A DNA stretch of 33,787 nucleotides from Opitutales bacterium. Its GTDB lineage: Bacteria; Verrucomicrobiota; Verrucomicrobiia; Opitutales; JABSRG01. The stretch is from contig JBMYOQ010000048.1 in the NCBI GenBank assembly GCA_049599475.1, forward strand, positions 1 through 33,787, in the 5' to 3' direction. Position numbers and translations under genes: made by a program. Shown one piece after another: positions 10,170-19,551 of the stretch. The notes under the pieces were generated by a model that did no database searches, had not been told where the DNA came from, and saw nothing but the letters and a program-made list of their open reading frames with translations. Within the stretch, counting starts at the first letter, position 1, and every line of letters begins with the position of its first letter.

Positions 10170-11774
10170 ATGAAAACCCTCAAGACGGTCCTGCCACCCG
10201 TTTGCGTACTCTTCTTATTTATCACGATCATCATCCATGAAAGTGCGTCCATTACGGACCCCATCAATCCGGTGCTGCTATCAGTCACTCGAAATCCGGA
10301 AACCGGGAACCCTCCAGCGACACCAAAAGCACCAGTAGCCCAAGAAGTTCATGAGACCGAGAGTTTCGACAAAATTGAGACCGATGCCGCGAAGGTCGGC
10401 GAGCATTTGATCGGATCCATCGCCTTCGATCCGTCTGCACTTCAAGATACGAGCCAAGAGACGATACAATTTACCTTCCCTACCCGATCCGGATATGCGT
10501 CTGTGAAACTGAACCAGGGTCGCTCCCTGTCTGCGGACCAATCGTCATGGCAATGGACAGGCGTTCTGGACAGCGTTCCATTCAGCGCGGTTTCGGCGAC
10601 TCGCTGGAAGGGCCACACCTTTATATCTGTAAACGGTGCCAGCGTAGGTATCTATGAATTGCGTCAGAAAGGGGATGGTCCGATGGATGTTATCCACTTT
10701 AACACAAGCAGCCTTCCCGCCTGTGAAAGCGAAGCCGATGGCCTGGCACACGACTACCCACATGAGCACACCGATAACGATGCCGTCTACGACAATTTCC
10801 AAAATTCCGAAGCAGACGAGGACACCCCAAGCGCAACGACATTCATCGATGTAGTCATCGGTTACAATGATGATGCTCGCACCAATCGAGGTGGCACAGT
10901 GGGAGACCCAAGTGATAATGGAGCCGTCGAATCGAGAATACTCGGAGCCGTCGCAGACGCGAATACGACTTACTCAAACTCCGGTCTCGATCTCCAAATG
11001 CGGGTCGCCTGGTTAGGGCAGATCGACTACACTGCCGACCCCGATGTGAGCTTTTCAGTCGCCCTGAGCCAGCTCGGCAACTACTCAGACGGTCTGGCCG
11101 ATGAACTGACCGCCAAGAAAATCGAATATCAGGCAGACTTCGCAAGCCTCTGGATCCCCAGCAATGTCTCCGGCGGACGAGCGTATGTGTTGAACGCAAG
11201 CTCAAGCCCAGACTTGGCGATAAACGTAGTGCGCGTCCAAAACCCAGTCAGTACCTTCGTTCACGAAATTGGTCACAACATGGGCGGAAGACACATTGAA
11301 TCGAGCTACGGCTCGTCACCCTCGCGCTGGTATTCCTATTCCTTTGCCCACCAATTTAGCGTCAGCGGCACCGACTACGCCACGGTGCTCTGCAGTTTCA
11401 GCGACATTTCATCAAGCAATCGCATTCTGTATTTATCAAACCCTGACATAAACTTCTTAGGGGAACCCACAGGCGTCAGCAACAGCGCCGATATGGCGCT
11501 CACAGTTCAGAACAATCTCGATACCTACGAAGGCTGGTTTGACACACCAGAACGCCTCCCCGACATCCTGGAAGCGGGAGAGGGTTCCTATACGATCACC
11601 CAAAATTTCGGGTTCGTTGGAGAAACATACCAACTCCTGCGTACGGAAGACCTCAGCGAACCTATTGAGGACTGGGCAAACGTGGGATCATACTCATCCG
11701 ACACCAACGGAGATGCTTCGGCCAGCGACTCCGGCGCCGGAGCCCAATCCTTTTACCGCTGGGCCACCGAATGA
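10170..11774 (+). CDS. Secreted zinc metallopeptidase, reprolysin-like (M12B-type) with prodomain
   Basis: Metzincin motif HEIGHNMGGRH (HExxHxxGxxH); IDVVIGY and ANTTYSNSGL typical of bacterial reprolysin-like domains; LPAC candidate cysteine switch; N-terminal hydrophobic segment; C-terminal YQLLRTEDL..W..FYRW domain. Confidence 0.85.
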   Translation: MKTLKTVLPPVCVLFLFITIIIHESASITDPINPVLLSVTRNPETGNPPATPKAPVAQEVHETESFDKIETDAAKVGEHLIGSIAFDPSALQDTSQETIQFTFPTRSGYASVKLNQGRSLSADQSSWQWTGVLDSVPFSAVSATRWKGHTFISVNGASVGIYELRQKGDGPMDVIHFNTSSLPACESEADGLAHDYPHEHTDNDAVYDNFQNSEADEDTPSATTFIDVVIGYNDDARTNRGGTVGDPSDNGAVESRILGAVADANTTYSNSGLDLQMRVAWLGQIDYTADPDVSFSVALSQLGNYSDGLADELTAKKIEYQADFASLWIPSNVSGGRAYVLNASSSPDLAINVVRVQNPVSTFVHEIGHNMGGRHIESSYGSSPSRWYSYSFAHQFSVSGTDYATVLCSFSDISSSNRILYLSNPDINFLGEPTGVSNSADMALTVQNNLDTYEGWFDTPERLPDILEAGEGSYTITQNFGFVGETYQLLRTEDLSEPIEDWANVGSYSSDTNGDASASDSGAGAQSFYRWATE

Positions 11775-11942
11775 ACCGGAATATTGAAAACAATATTCAA
11801 CCGCAAGCGTTTGCATCCACTGTCGCTAGAATAAGTTTGGCAGACACTCCGCACGCTTCATGGCGCATATAGACTGGGCTGGAGGATGAGCCCCCATTTA
11901 TACGATTGCAAAACTGATAGGAAATGCGTCATAAATCAGCCC

Positions 11943-12515
11943 ATGATCACCCGAATCTGCCTACCCTCTCTATTAATATCATGTGCCTTCTTGGTCGGCT
12001 GCGAATCCATATGGAATTCAAAACGATCCATCGAAGACCCTATCAACAACTCATCTGCCCCACTGTATTCTGAAGCCAGTGGGACTGAGCAAGACACAGC
12101 TAAATCAGCTCCTAGGGCTATAACAGGAGAAACAATCGAAGCGGTTAGCTTTGATGCCGAATCCAATCCAGAGAATGCCAAGATCGTGAGCCAACGCAAA
12201 GACTCTGTGGGCCACACAAATGATGGAAATTGGATTCGTTTCGACAATGTCAGTTTCGATGAAGAGACCAGTAAACTAACGATTGTAGCCAGTTCACCAC
12301 GCGGTGAAGGCATCATCGAGGCTAGGATTGGCTCTCCTGAGGGCACTTTAATTGCAAGCGTACCTGCCCCTGTCGAGAAAGGTTGGAATACATTTGAATC
12401 CTTCGACACCGAGACGATTCAACCTATCCCTTCCGGCGACCTCTATATCCTCTTCAAAGCCGCTGGTGATCGAAAGAGACACCTCATGAACCTTCAGTCA
12501 TTCCGGTTCGAATAA
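11943..12515 (+). CDS. CBM6 carbohydrate-binding lipoprotein
   Basis: Start moved to MITRICL, giving a signal peptide ending in lipobox LVGC; CBM6 pattern VGHTNDGNWIRFDNVSF..VASS..IEARIGSPEGTLIA..GWNTF..DLYILFK..NLQSFRF. Confidence 0.85.
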   Translation: MITRICLPSLLISCAFLVGCESIWNSKRSIEDPINNSSAPLYSEASGTEQDTAKSAPRAITGETIEAVSFDAESNPENAKIVSQRKDSVGHTNDGNWIRFDNVSFDEETSKLTIVASSPRGEGIIEARIGSPEGTLIASVPAPVEKGWNTFESFDTETIQPIPSGDLYILFKAAGDRKRHLMNLQSFRFE

Positions 12516-12739
12516 AGGGTCAACGGCACCGATACCCTCCGCGCGGGCAAGCAATCGCTTTAACGTCCCCGACTAAGAGAGGTCGCCCTGATCTAAAGTC
12601 AGGGACACACGTAAACAACCATAGAGTATTAATGTAGTCGCTTCCCACTACATTAATGCTGATTTCATGGGCTCCTCCTATGCCTTCTTCGTTAATTGGT
12701 TTGGAATGACAATCAGGAGTTCACCAAGCTTACAAAAGG

Positions 12740-12819
12740 AACCACGAATGCACACGGATTCACACGAATGCTCCATACGACGGCGCCGCATCTTTGTTTA
12801 TTCGTGCTCATTCGTGGTT
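12740..12819. repeat. Imperfect inverted repeat built from 10-nt CACGAAT-type units
   Basis: Left arm AACCACGAATGCACACGGATTCACACGAAT; reverse complement of right arm AACCACGAATGAGCACGAATAAACAAAGAT; lies between convergent genes. Confidence 0.7.
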
Positions 12820-12931
12820 AACAGAAAGCTGGTCATTGATTTAACAAAGTAGAACTATAAGGTTTCTCAAAATTATTTCCGTACAAAATGGTAGGGTAAA
12901 AATTCTTTTGAGTAACCGTATAGGCGAGACC

Positions 12932-15900
12932 TCATTCAGAGACTTCCACTCTGAAGAATAGCTTTTTTCCCGATATGTCGTCTAAGCTTTGGTTGTAGCG
13001 TAGCTCTACTGTTTCGGTCCCGTCTGAATCGTCTTCACTTACACTGATCTGAGTAAATGTATTGGGAATTACATCACCGTCTGCGCGGATTGCTGGCGCC
13101 CAATGAAGGAGATCGAAACTGGTTGATACTGCGTAGGTTAATTGCGACGCATTCATCCGGCGAGTGTAGGACATTCCGGGATAGTCGTCGCCTGATTCAC
13201 TTACCGTAGTCGGGACGATTGACCGAGAGTTGAAAGCATGCGTTGGATCGTTCCCCAGGGCATATTCAGCAAAATTGGTTAAACCATCTCCCTCAAAATC
13301 ATTCCCGCGATCAGCAAGTTTCAGCTCTGCCAAGGACAGCTGATCATCCTCGTCGGCATCGAAGAATGTGAGTTGCCAGGCGGCCATATCGTCTGCTTCA
13401 AGGACTGCTATTTCTGTAACAAACTCGTAGGCGATTCCAGCATCTGATGAACTCGTCAAGATCACGCTCACGGGCGACACTCCAGGGACCGGATCTTCCC
13501 AGGTGGCTTCGAAGTATGCCTGGCCCGAGTTTCCATTCCCATCGCGGGGCACACTCGTGAGGCTCGCGCCCGTCGAACCAAATGATAACTGCACATCCGC
13601 AAGTTCACCATCCGGATCCCATGCATCTAGCTGGGCCGTAATCACGCTAACATCATTGGCGAATATAGCGTCTACTTGGATGTCACTCGTATCCGTCCAT
13701 TCGTAGGCAGGAGCATGGTCTATTTTCGCAGGAAGCGGAGCATTTCGCGTGTCCACAGAATAGGGTTCGTCGTCGGCAATCTGCTGCGCCAGCTCAAGGA
13801 TATTTACGCCGGTCCACTCGCTAAATAGTTCACGATTGGTGTTTTCATTTCGTCCGACTCCCTGAAGGGCCTCTTTACCAACAGCGTTGAATTTCGTGAT
13901 ATCTAGCTCAGGAAATATGCATGTCATCCAGAGCAAGTGCACCATCTCCGATACCATTTTTCCCGCGTGCAAATTATCCGGAGCGTATACTGAATTAGCT
14001 CGATCTCCCGCGACCTCAGTAATCTCTTCGATGTCGTCCATCCGATCCCAGATTTGCATCAAGCCTTCGCCCGCAGGGACTACGACGATTTCGAGATGCT
14101 CAAAGCGTTCTTGAGATCTCAGATTGCTGACAACCCCACGCACGACTTCATTCGAAATATCCTGAAGCTCCCGAACGATCCCCTCGAAGCTCCTACCGCC
14201 TAGGGCTATCGTAAGGGCAATCTGCTCGAGTAGAGAAAGTTCAGAGGTGTCGATATATCCTCCGACCCAGGGAGACCACGGAGTCATGACAAAGACTTTG
14301 CGAAGATCCGCGCTGCTGTAGGTCAGAGTAAGATCGACCCAATTGTGATAATCCTGCGTGATTAAAGCGAGCTCGTCGCTGATGAAGGTCTCAGGGTCGT
14401 CTAAGATCGCGAGAATATCGGGAAGCGATTCGAGTATCTGACTCGGGCTGCCTTCAGGGAGCAACTCAGAGGATGGAAAATAAGTCATTCCGAGCAACTC
14501 GACGCCTCCCTGCGTGAGGTGTTCGACGAGCTTGTTATTCTTCAGGGTCACCTGATTTTCGCCTTCTCCGAATGTAATCGTATCCGGATAGGTCTGTCCT
14601 TCGTTTAACAAATATTCCTCCCAGACGGCACCCGCGCCTCCTGATTCCCCAGGATTTTGCTCAACCCAGGTGTTGTACTGATTTTCGTATCCACAGAATC
14701 GTGCCATCGGTTCAAAAACATGCGCTGTCGGGTAAAAAAAGCTGTGTCCCAATAACGCAGCATTGGGAAATCCGAGATAACCCTGCGGGGTGATAGAAGT
14801 CGTATCAATAATTTCTATACTGGCTACATTCGACGGCAAGTTCGATGGAGTCGTCTCTCCGCCACCCAGCGCAACCTGGATACTTTCTCCAATATCACCG
14901 GTAGCAGTCAGGAGAAGGCTGTAGCTCATACTGCCCTCCTCGCCGCTCACCTCACGTACTGAAGCATTCAGTACATCAAAGGCATCAGCACTTAGGCCAA
15001 AGACCGGTTGATTGAACGTCACATCCACCAAAACGTCTCTCTCCACAATAACCGATGAAGGAGCCGTCAAGTCGACGATCGGAGACGTTTCTATTTCATA
15101 ATTAATCGAGAGCGCTGCTATGCCGAGTAAATCCGCAGTGCCATTGGTCCCCGTGTTAGCAACCGTCAGACTCCATGTATCAGTGTTTTCGACACTCAAA
15201 GGAATCATGGTTCCTGTATAGATATCATCCACCGACACAGTCTCAGCTCCCGAAAAATCCGTGGATCCCGAGTCGTCGGAGAAAGTCACCTGCCTACCCG
15301 CATTCCCTAAGCGAATAATCTCTATGCTAGAGAAGGAGAGCTCGCGCAACGGGAGCCCTGAAGCATCCAGCGAAAAAGTGAATGGATCATTGTCATTGCC
15401 CCACAGAGAGCCTCCACCATTAGTAAGATGGCCAGAAGAGTTCACCTTTACTTTCGCGCCAGACAGCACTTCCACAGTCAATGAGAAGGTCATTCCATTT
15501 TCAGCGATCGTGGCGATCTCTTGCGCGCTCAGGTTGTTACCCACCCCCTGGTCCAGCCAGCTACCATCGCCAAAGGTGAGCACTCCACTACTATCAACAA
15601 TAGCGATATCGATCGTGTTTGATTCGTTGTTTATAGGCGTCGTTTGACCGGCAAGAAGCGATATTGAGATCGAGTCACCAATCTCTCCTGTCGGCTCTAG
15701 TAAAAGCGTGTAGCGCGTGTCTCCGTCCTCGCCAATCATTGCCATTACATTCGCATGGGTAATATCGAAGGAGTCTTCATCCAGGCCAGAGACAGGACGG
15801 TCAAACTCCACAGAGACAAACGCAGTGCCGTCGACGAAGGTCGAGGACTCTGCGAACAGGGTAACTACCGCATTGGGCTCGATTACGTAATCAAAAGAGA

Positions 15901-16465
15901 CGGACTCTATACCCAGAAGATCGGAAGAACCGTCGGCCCCTGTGTTTGCCACAGTCAAAGTCCAAGTATTGGCATTTTCAACACTCAGGGGCACCAGCGA
16001 ACCCGTGTAAATGTCCTCCGCAGTCACCGTTTCAGCGCCCGCAAACGCTGTAGATCCCGACGAGTCTGAGAACGTCACCTCTCTACCCGAATTGCCTAAT
16101 CTTGGTATCACAATATTGGCGAAGGAGAATTCACGGAGCGTAGGTCCAGAAGCTTCTATTGAGAAGGTGAAGGGATCATTGTCGTTGCCCCACAAAGACC
16201 CGCCGCCGTTTGTCAAGTTTCCCGAATTATTCACCTTAACATTGGCACCTGTATCGACTTCGATAGTCAGCGTAAAGGTCACCCCGTTTTCAGTAATCAC
16301 AGCAACCTCCTGTGAATCTTCGTTGTTGTTGATTCCTTGCTCGAGCCAGCTATCCGCTCCGAAGGTGACGGTTTGGCCGCTCGCAGTGGCACCCACAAGC
16401 GCAAAGATCGCGGAAGCTATCGCTATGAGGTAAAAGTGTGAGAGTTTGGGGTAATACGTATTCAT
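12932..16465 (-). CDS. Large secreted protein: 2x (unknown beta-sandwich + Ig-like) repeat, SGNH-like hydrolase domain, Verrucomicrobia-type C-terminal domain
   Basis: Signal peptide from MNTYYPKL..ATASG; about 263-aa tandem duplication; Ig-like VxFxxPVxGL..F; SGNH-like LLGHSF and DNLH; C-terminus DGLTNFAEYALGNDP..SYTRR..STSFDLLHW..FFRVEV. Confidence 0.75.
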   Translation of the reverse strand: MNTYYPKLSHFYLIAIASAIFALVGATASGQTVTFGADSWLEQGINNNEDSQEVAVITENGVTFTLTIEVDTGANVKVNNSGNLTNGGGSLWGNDNDPFTFSIEASGPTLREFSFANIVIPRLGNSGREVTFSDSSGSTAFAGAETVTAEDIYTGSLVPLSVENANTWTLTVANTGADGSSDLLGIESVSFDYVIEPNAVVTLFAESSTFVDGTAFVSVEFDRPVSGLDEDSFDITHANVMAMIGEDGDTRYTLLLEPTGEIGDSISISLLAGQTTPINNESNTIDIAIVDSSGVLTFGDGSWLDQGVGNNLSAQEIATIAENGMTFSLTVEVLSGAKVKVNSSGHLTNGGGSLWGNDNDPFTFSLDASGLPLRELSFSSIEIIRLGNAGRQVTFSDDSGSTDFSGAETVSVDDIYTGTMIPLSVENTDTWSLTVANTGTNGTADLLGIAALSINYEIETSPIVDLTAPSSVIVERDVLVDVTFNQPVFGLSADAFDVLNASVREVSGEEGSMSYSLLLTATGDIGESIQVALGGGETTPSNLPSNVASIEIIDTTSITPQGYLGFPNAALLGHSFFYPTAHVFEPMARFCGYENQYNTWVEQNPGESGGAGAVWEEYLLNEGQTYPDTITFGEGENQVTLKNNKLVEHLTQGGVELLGMTYFPSSELLPEGSPSQILESLPDILAILDDPETFISDELALITQDYHNWVDLTLTYSSADLRKVFVMTPWSPWVGGYIDTSELSLLEQIALTIALGGRSFEGIVRELQDISNEVVRGVVSNLRSQERFEHLEIVVVPAGEGLMQIWDRMDDIEEITEVAGDRANSVYAPDNLHAGKMVSEMVHLLWMTCIFPELDITKFNAVGKEALQGVGRNENTNRELFSEWTGVNILELAQQIADDEPYSVDTRNAPLPAKIDHAPAYEWTDTSDIQVDAIFANDVSVITAQLDAWDPDGELADVQLSFGSTGASLTSVPRDGNGNSGQAYFEATWEDPVPGVSPVSVILTSSSDAGIAYEFVTEIAVLEADDMAAWQLTFFDADEDDQLSLAELKLADRGNDFEGDGLTNFAEYALGNDPTHAFNSRSIVPTTVSESGDDYPGMSYTRRMNASQLTYAVSTSFDLLHWAPAIRADGDVIPNTFTQISVSEDDSDGTETVELRYNQSLDDISGKKLFFRVEVSE

Positions 16466-16638
16466 GCGTCGATTCGAATTCGGGCCCTCCGAGGGCTTCG
16501 GAATGTTTATGGTCACTCGGGCCCCAAATCCTGCACTTCTTTCGCATTTTTTTCACAAAATCGAAAATTCCCGCGACAACGCTACTCTTCTACGACTCGA
16601 CACTTATCCGGATTTCCACCGAATATAGCGGCCCCGAT

Positions 16639-18636
16639 CTACTGACTGACCTGAGCCTGACGAACCACCTTAAGCGCTCCGTCGCCTTCCATCTTTTTTG
16701 AAAACGCAACCTGTTTTTCTGAAACAATCAGCTCCTGCAGACCCGTCAATGAGCTCAACCCAACCACTGACCTTACATCTAACTGGCTAATGTCTATCGA
16801 CGCTACATTACTCCCTCGAAACACTCTCAGGGACTTGGGCGATTTCCCTACCAACACGAGATTCTTGACTGATAGAAATCGCAGAAAGGCGTGCCCCAAC
16901 CCCAGAGTATTGGGATAATTGAGATCCCCTTCGACGCGGAGTGTCAGGGTCGCGCTATGAGGGTCGTACGAGAATGCACGCACTCCAGAGTCTTCGAAGA
17001 ACCATGCATAGAAGGCCTTGAGCACCGATGAGACATCCTCGACTTGCCCGGAATCGATGCGAGTCAACAAATCGTAGGTAATCATTTGCTCGACCAATTG
17101 GACCGATTGCTCGTCTCGCGGCATGCGCAAGCCGCGTAGAAATTCAGTAAGTGTTTCCAAGTCAGGTCGCTCAGACTTCGAATAGCTAAAATCTGGACAG
17201 AAGGAGACGAAATTTACGAGCGCTTCATCCACGACACTGTCCGCGAGATACTTCGCAGCGACAAAGTCCATTTGAATCAGCTTAAAGACCATTAGCTGCG
17301 AAAGACCTTGTGGATCATCGCCTCCCAACGAACCTGAAAGCAAGGCGAGTGCTTCGAGCATTTCAAAGGCACGCACATTCTCCGAGAAATCGGATCCACG
17401 AGACAGCTCAGTGGTCGCACGATCTAAGACTCTAGAGACGCGTTTCTTCAGAACCGGATCCACATGAGCAAATCCCTTTTGAATGATATCTAGATCTGCT
17501 TGAATTCCCTGCGCGACATCCTCCGCGACATTCGCTCTCTCCTCAGCCCGCTCCCGCTTTTCCTCGAGGTCCTCAGCAAGCCTAATTACGGAGACAATTC
17601 CGCCTAGAATCAAGGCAAGCAAAACCAAGCTCCCATTCCATCGAAGTTGGTTACGCAGATAGCCAAGCCATAAAACTCGAAAGGGGTTCGATTTGTCAAA
17701 ACGAGTCGATTGCCCCCGAACAAAGGCCGTGACATCCTGTGCCAGCTCATCCACATCTGAGTAACGGTCAGCTGGGTCGATCGCCATAGCTCGTTTGATA
17801 ATAAGTCTAAGCGTTCGCGGAACTGCATTCAATCTGAGCTCAGAGCGTCTAGTGCCCTCCTCCAGAGCCGGGGCCGTTGCCCCTGTTACCATAAAATAAA
17901 GCAAGGCCCCTAGTCCGTAGATATCTGCTTTCTGGTCGAGAACACAGTCCCGCTCCATTTGCTCGGGAGCCATATATGCAGGTGTCCCTTGAGCCCAGCC
18001 ATGCAGGGTACTCCCGTCACTGCCAAAATCAGCTGATTCGCTCAATGGAATCTCCTCCCCTAGCTCTCGGCCTAGTCCCCAATCGCAGACCATCACCTCT
18101 TGATTCCCATCGATCTGGATGTTTTCCGCCTTCAGGTCACAATGCAATATTTGCTGAGAATGTGCGTAGGCTATCGCGTTGCAAATCCTCCGAAAAACCA
18201 TCAGACGATCTTCAAGAATAAAACGGTCTAATGCTCCTAGATTCTGACTCTGAGACGCAATCCAAGCATTCAAGCTCTGCCCTCCTTTGAGCTCCATCGT
18301 GAAATAAGGAGAATCGCCACCACGTATTCCAACATCGAATACAGTCACAATGTTTGGGTGCGTCAGTTTAGAAGTCAATCGCGCCTCACGGACAATCAAG
18401 TCATAGAAAAGCGGATGCAAACCCTCACGCGGTTCCGCGAGCGCAACAAATCGTTGGCTTACCTTATCAAATACCGAATAGACCGCTTTCAGCCCCCCTC
18501 TGCCCAATAAGGTCGCTTGCGAATAACGCTCTTTTATTTGTGTAATTTCGAAACATTTGGGTGCCGTTGTCGCATCCATTGCCTCAGCATTATCGACCGC
18601 GTCGTATAGATCTTCGAATTTTTCGTGGTCGCTCAT
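16639..18636 (-). CDS. Hanks-type Ser/Thr protein kinase with TM segment, coiled coil and LRR-like C-terminus; atypical lysine position
   Basis: GRGGLK, REARL, HPNIV, HCDLKAENI, DWGL, GTPAYMAPE, ADIYGLG, DRY motifs; VALA in place of VAIK; TM LVLLALILGGIVSVI; start overlaps the sigma stop (ATGA). Confidence 0.92.
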   Translation of the reverse strand: MSDHEKFEDLYDAVDNAEAMDATTAPKCFEITQIKERYSQATLLGRGGLKAVYSVFDKVSQRFVALAEPREGLHPLFYDLIVREARLTSKLTHPNIVTVFDVGIRGGDSPYFTMELKGGQSLNAWIASQSQNLGALDRFILEDRLMVFRRICNAIAYAHSQQILHCDLKAENIQIDGNQEVMVCDWGLGRELGEEIPLSESADFGSDGSTLHGWAQGTPAYMAPEQMERDCVLDQKADIYGLGALLYFMVTGATAPALEEGTRRSELRLNAVPRTLRLIIKRAMAIDPADRYSDVDELAQDVTAFVRGQSTRFDKSNPFRVLWLGYLRNQLRWNGSLVLLALILGGIVSVIRLAEDLEEKRERAEERANVAEDVAQGIQADLDIIQKGFAHVDPVLKKRVSRVLDRATTELSRGSDFSENVRAFEMLEALALLSGSLGGDDPQGLSQLMVFKLIQMDFVAAKYLADSVVDEALVNFVSFCPDFSYSKSERPDLETLTEFLRGLRMPRDEQSVQLVEQMITYDLLTRIDSGQVEDVSSVLKAFYAWFFEDSGVRAFSYDPHSATLTLRVEGDLNYPNTLGLGHAFLRFLSVKNLVLVGKSPKSLRVFRGSNVASIDISQLDVRSVVGLSSLTGLQELIVSEKQVAFSKKMEGDGALKVVRQAQVSQ

Positions 18637-19247
18637 TCGTTCACCTCCCAGCGTGTCTCGAGAGAATCTTTGATCAATCGGATTTCCTGCATGAGCCTCT
18701 GCTTCACGCGGGCTTTGGACGAGGTCACCGTCGATTCACTCACCCCCAGGGACAGAGCAATTTCCGCAACGCCTTCTCCCTTTAAGAGGCGTTCAAAGAT
18801 CTCGATCGAAACGCCACGGAAAGCCTTACGAATACGCGCCATGCCCAGTTCGGCGACATATGTCTTCCATTCTACATCTGCTCTTTCGTAAAAGCTCTCA
18901 TCGTCTGACTGCTCCTCAAAATAGGATTCTCGCAGGCCTTCCGCTTCGACATATCGATCTGTGCGTTTGTAATGAGCACGTAAGCGATTTTTCGCAGTAA
19001 TACGAACAATCGATTGCAACCAAGTGCGGAACTTACTCCTCGACTTATCGTAGGTATGTAGACGTTTCCAAACAGTGACAATGACCTCCTGAGCAACATC
19101 TTCGACATCGGAGGGCGGCAGGCCAAAACCTTTCAAGAGTATCACGATATAGCCATGATACTGCCCTTCTAACTGCTTCCATGCATTCTGATCCTTACCC
19201 TCATTGGCACGGCTGAGCATCGCGTAGTCTGTGATATTGGGGTCCAT
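18633..19247 (-). CDS. ECF-type RNA polymerase sigma factor
   Basis: Region 2 AWKQL..Y..DVEDVAQEV..W..KFRTWL; region 4 HTH VAEIALSLGVSESTVTSSKARVKQRL; likely start MDPNITD preceded by GAGG. Confidence 0.9.
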   Translation of the reverse strand: MDPNITDYAMLSRANEGKDQNAWKQLEGQYHGYIVILLKGFGLPPSDVEDVAQEVIVTVWKRLHTYDKSRSKFRTWLQSIVRITAKNRLRAHYKRTDRYVEAEGLRESYFEEQSDDESFYERADVEWKTYVAELGMARIRKAFRGVSIEIFERLLKGEGVAEIALSLGVSESTVTSSKARVKQRLMQEIRLIKDSLETRWEVNE

Positions 19248-19551
19248 ATCGTCCTCAGTGACCTCGAAAGACCGCACGTTAGTATCTTCAGTCACAGCCC
19301 CCCAAATAAGCACACATGTTGAATTCTTGCAATATTGGACTCCGAGCTCGCTGAGCTCATATAGCAAACGACGAAACCTCAGGCTTTCTCTAACTTCCAT
19401 AATCCAAAGGCCACCTATTCGAAGATTTATTTAAAAAGATTCAAAAAACAGTCCTGAAGGCATGACTCACCTTGTTCAATTAGTAGAAATCATTCCCCTG
19501 GTAGGTTATCTGCCTCTGAGGGCTCAATTCATCACCATCGAGACTTTTTAT

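Noticed and set aside
11779..11798. GAATATTG-AAAA-CAATATTC hairpin after the peptidase stop
   Set aside because: AT-rich 8-bp stem without a U-tract; too weak to call a terminator or operator.
12667..12852. 61-aa ORF
   Set aside because: Largely a translation of the CACGAAT inverted repeat.
16639..18636. Calling the kinase a dead pseudokinase
   Set aside because: All other catalytic motifs are intact and a Lys sits at the WNK-equivalent position.
19248..19551. Extended N-termini of the sigma (19400) and PEP-CTERM (19462) ORFs
   Set aside because: Downstream starts give normal domain boundaries and a signal peptide, and leave room for divergent promoters.
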